NCBI GenBank assembly: GCA_030066715.1
Contig: JASJBC010000045.1
Coordinates: 1 to 33,821 of the forward strand
Length of the DNA: 33,821 nucleotides
Origin: Acidimicrobiia bacterium
Lineage (GTDB): Bacteria; Actinomycetota; Acidimicrobiia; Spongiisociales; UBA5794
Direction of reading: 5' to 3'
Numbering within the stretch: position 1 is the first letter of the stretch; every line of letters begins with the position of its first letter. Below the pieces are notes generated by a model. That model was not told where the DNA came from, did no database searches, and saw only the letters and a program-made list of their open reading frames with translations. A program made the position numbers and the translations under genes. Shown here one piece after another: positions 32,278 through 33,821 of the stretch.

Positions 32278-33771
32278 ATGATCCCGTACACCGCCGCACT
32301 TGCCGGAGCCCTGCTGATGTGGCTCGCCTTTCCTCCGTTCGACGTGGGAATCCTGGCATTTGTCGCCCCCGCCCCCTTCTTGTGGGGTCTGCGCCGCGTG
32401 GAGACGGGCGCGGGTGCGCTCGCCGTGGGTTTTGTCTACGGGGCGGTCTTCTTCGGCTTGTTGCTGTCGTGGATCGCAGTGCTCGGCATGGTGGCGTGGA
32501 TCCCGTTGACTCTCTGGCTCGGGACTCTCTCGGCCGCATACGGCCTGTTGGTGTGGTCGTTCCGTGCCTGGCCCCCGGCCCGCTGGTGGCTCATCGTTGT
32601 CGGCGGCTGGGCCCTATGGGAGCTGATCAAGGCCTACGTACCCTTTGGCGGCTTTCCCTGGGGCTCACTCGGCTACGCCGCGGCCGGCAACCCGGGTTTC
32701 ATCGGCTCGGTCCAGTGGATCGGGCCCAGCGGCTGGACGGTCCTGGCGGTCGGAGTGGCCGCCGGCATAGTCCTTGTCGTGGAGGACACCGAGCAGTGGC
32801 GGCTCCTGGTCGATCCGTCGGTCGTGGTTCTGATGCTCGTGCTCGCCGGGCTGCTCTTCCCGGCGCGGGCCGATGGCGACACGGTCATGGCCGCCATTGT
32901 GCAGGGGAGCTCACCCTGCCCGCAGGTTCATTGTCAGAACGAGAATCGGAGGATTCTCGAGCAACACCTCGAGTTGTCGCAGAGCATTCCCCGCGACACT
33001 GTCGACCTCGTTGTATGGCCGGAGAACTCCTTTGGGTCTCCATACGATCCGATCGGAAACGAGGAGGTCGACCAGGATTTCAAGGTGGAGGCCCAGCGCC
33101 TTGGCGCCTACATGTTGGTCAGCGGCACACATGTCGTCGACAGCGAGTCCTTCGTCAATGTGAATATCGTGTATTCGCCCATCGGCACCGAGGTCGGCCG
33201 CTACGACAAGACCCATCCGGTGCCTTTTGGCGAGTACGTGCCGCTGCGCAATCTCTTCAGCTTCATCCCACAGCTCGACCAGGTGCCGCGTGACATGATC
33301 CCGGGCGATGAAGCGGTTGTCTTCCCGATCCGAGACGGGGTCCTCGGCTCGGTCATCTCCTTCGAAGGTGCGTTCATTCGCCACATCCGTGACCAAGCCA
33401 AAGCCGGCTCGGAGCTCATGGTGATTGCAACCAATGAGAGCAGCTACGGGCCGGACGCCCCGGCATCCGACCAGCTCATCGAGATGGCGCGCGTCAATGC
33501 CGCCGCCATCGGTCAGGATCTGATCCTGGCCGCCATCACCGGCAAGTCCACATTCATCACCGCCGAGGGCAACGTCGGAGAGAAGACAGAGCTGCTGGAG
33601 CAGACGTACATCGTCGACCAGGTCCAGTTCCGCAGCGCCGGGCCGACGGTCTACACCCGCATCGGCGACTGGGCGACCCTCGTTGCCCTGGCGGGAGCGG
33701 CCGCCGGCATCTTCACCCCGGGTCCCGGCCGTCCCGAAGGCGGTCTCCGGCAACGGCGGACTGGGCCGTAG
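32278..33771 (+). CDS. lnt: Apolipoprotein N-acyltransferase
   Basis: N-terminal 6-8 TM helices (…WLAFPPF…, WELIKAYVPFGGFPWGSLGY). C-terminal CN-hydrolase (nitrilase) domain with VVWPE catalytic Glu and a Cys region. Start chosen at ATG 32278 (MIPYTAALAG…), to avoid overlapping the divergent IMPase gene. An earlier start is possible. Confidence 0.8.
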   Translation: MIPYTAALAGALLMWLAFPPFDVGILAFVAPAPFLWGLRRVETGAGALAVGFVYGAVFFGLLLSWIAVLGMVAWIPLTLWLGTLSAAYGLLVWSFRAWPPARWWLIVVGGWALWELIKAYVPFGGFPWGSLGYAAAGNPGFIGSVQWIGPSGWTVLAVGVAAGIVLVVEDTEQWRLLVDPSVVVLMLVLAGLLFPARADGDTVMAAIVQGSSPCPQVHCQNENRRILEQHLELSQSIPRDTVDLVVWPENSFGSPYDPIGNEEVDQDFKVEAQRLGAYMLVSGTHVVDSESFVNVNIVYSPIGTEVGRYDKTHPVPFGEYVPLRNLFSFIPQLDQVPRDMIPGDEAVVFPIRDGVLGSVISFEGAFIRHIRDQAKAGSELMVIATNESSYGPDAPASDQLIEMARVNAAAIGQDLILAAITGKSTFITAEGNVGEKTELLEQTYIVDQVQFRSAGPTVYTRIGDWATLVALAGAAAGIFTPGPGRPEGGLRQRRTGP

Positions 33772-33784
33772 GCCCAGGCCGCTT

Positions 33785-33807
33785 GGAGTTCCGCGGTGCG
33801 GAACTCC
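33785..33807 (+). terminator. Stem-loop downstream of lnt (possible terminator)
   Basis: GGAGTTCCGC-ggt-GCGGAACTCC, a perfect 10-bp stem 14 nt after the lnt stop. No U-tract. Confidence 0.35.
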
Positions 33808-33821
33808 GGGCTAGGTGGTCG

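Overview
This is a high-GC (about 65-70%) window that reads like an actinobacterial chromosome segment, with roughly 40 protein-coding genes and no rRNA, tRNA or CRISPR detected by eye. Housekeeping genes include a secreted HExxH metallopeptidase-like protein, a YbaK deacylase, a Cys/Met-metabolism PLP enzyme, a uridine-kinase-family P-loop kinase, a DMT transporter, dihydroxy-acid dehydratase (ilvD), a ROK kinase, an inositol-monophosphatase-family gene and apolipoprotein N-acyltransferase (lnt). The most notable loci are these. (1) A minus-strand metal locus: Fur-family regulator, orphan sensor histidine kinase, a Nur-box-like palindrome, and a CbiMNQO/NikMNQO-type ECF transporter operon with overlapping start/stop codons. 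(2) A cell-envelope cluster: a fused flippase-like/Bac_transf phosphoglycosyl transferase, two LCP (LytR-CpsA-Psr) genes, a flotillin(SPFH)-NfeD operon and an SDR. (3) A lower-GC island of about 1.9 kb (about 19.06-20.93 kb), bounded and subdivided by three copies of a 30-35 bp direct repeat, carrying a HEPN / wHTH-nucleotidyltransferase toxin-antitoxin pair and a zinc-ribbon membrane protein. (4) A SelW/Rdx-family gene whose conserved CxxU redox motif is encoded with an in-frame TGA, making it a candidate selenoprotein. Smaller items are a frameshifted cation-diffusion-facilitator gene remnant, a compositionally atypical small membrane protein divergent from a LysR regulator, an Fe-S protein of unknown function, and a DUF4342 / MmyB-like regulator pair. 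All functional calls rest on motif recognition in the translated ORFs; no database searches were run.
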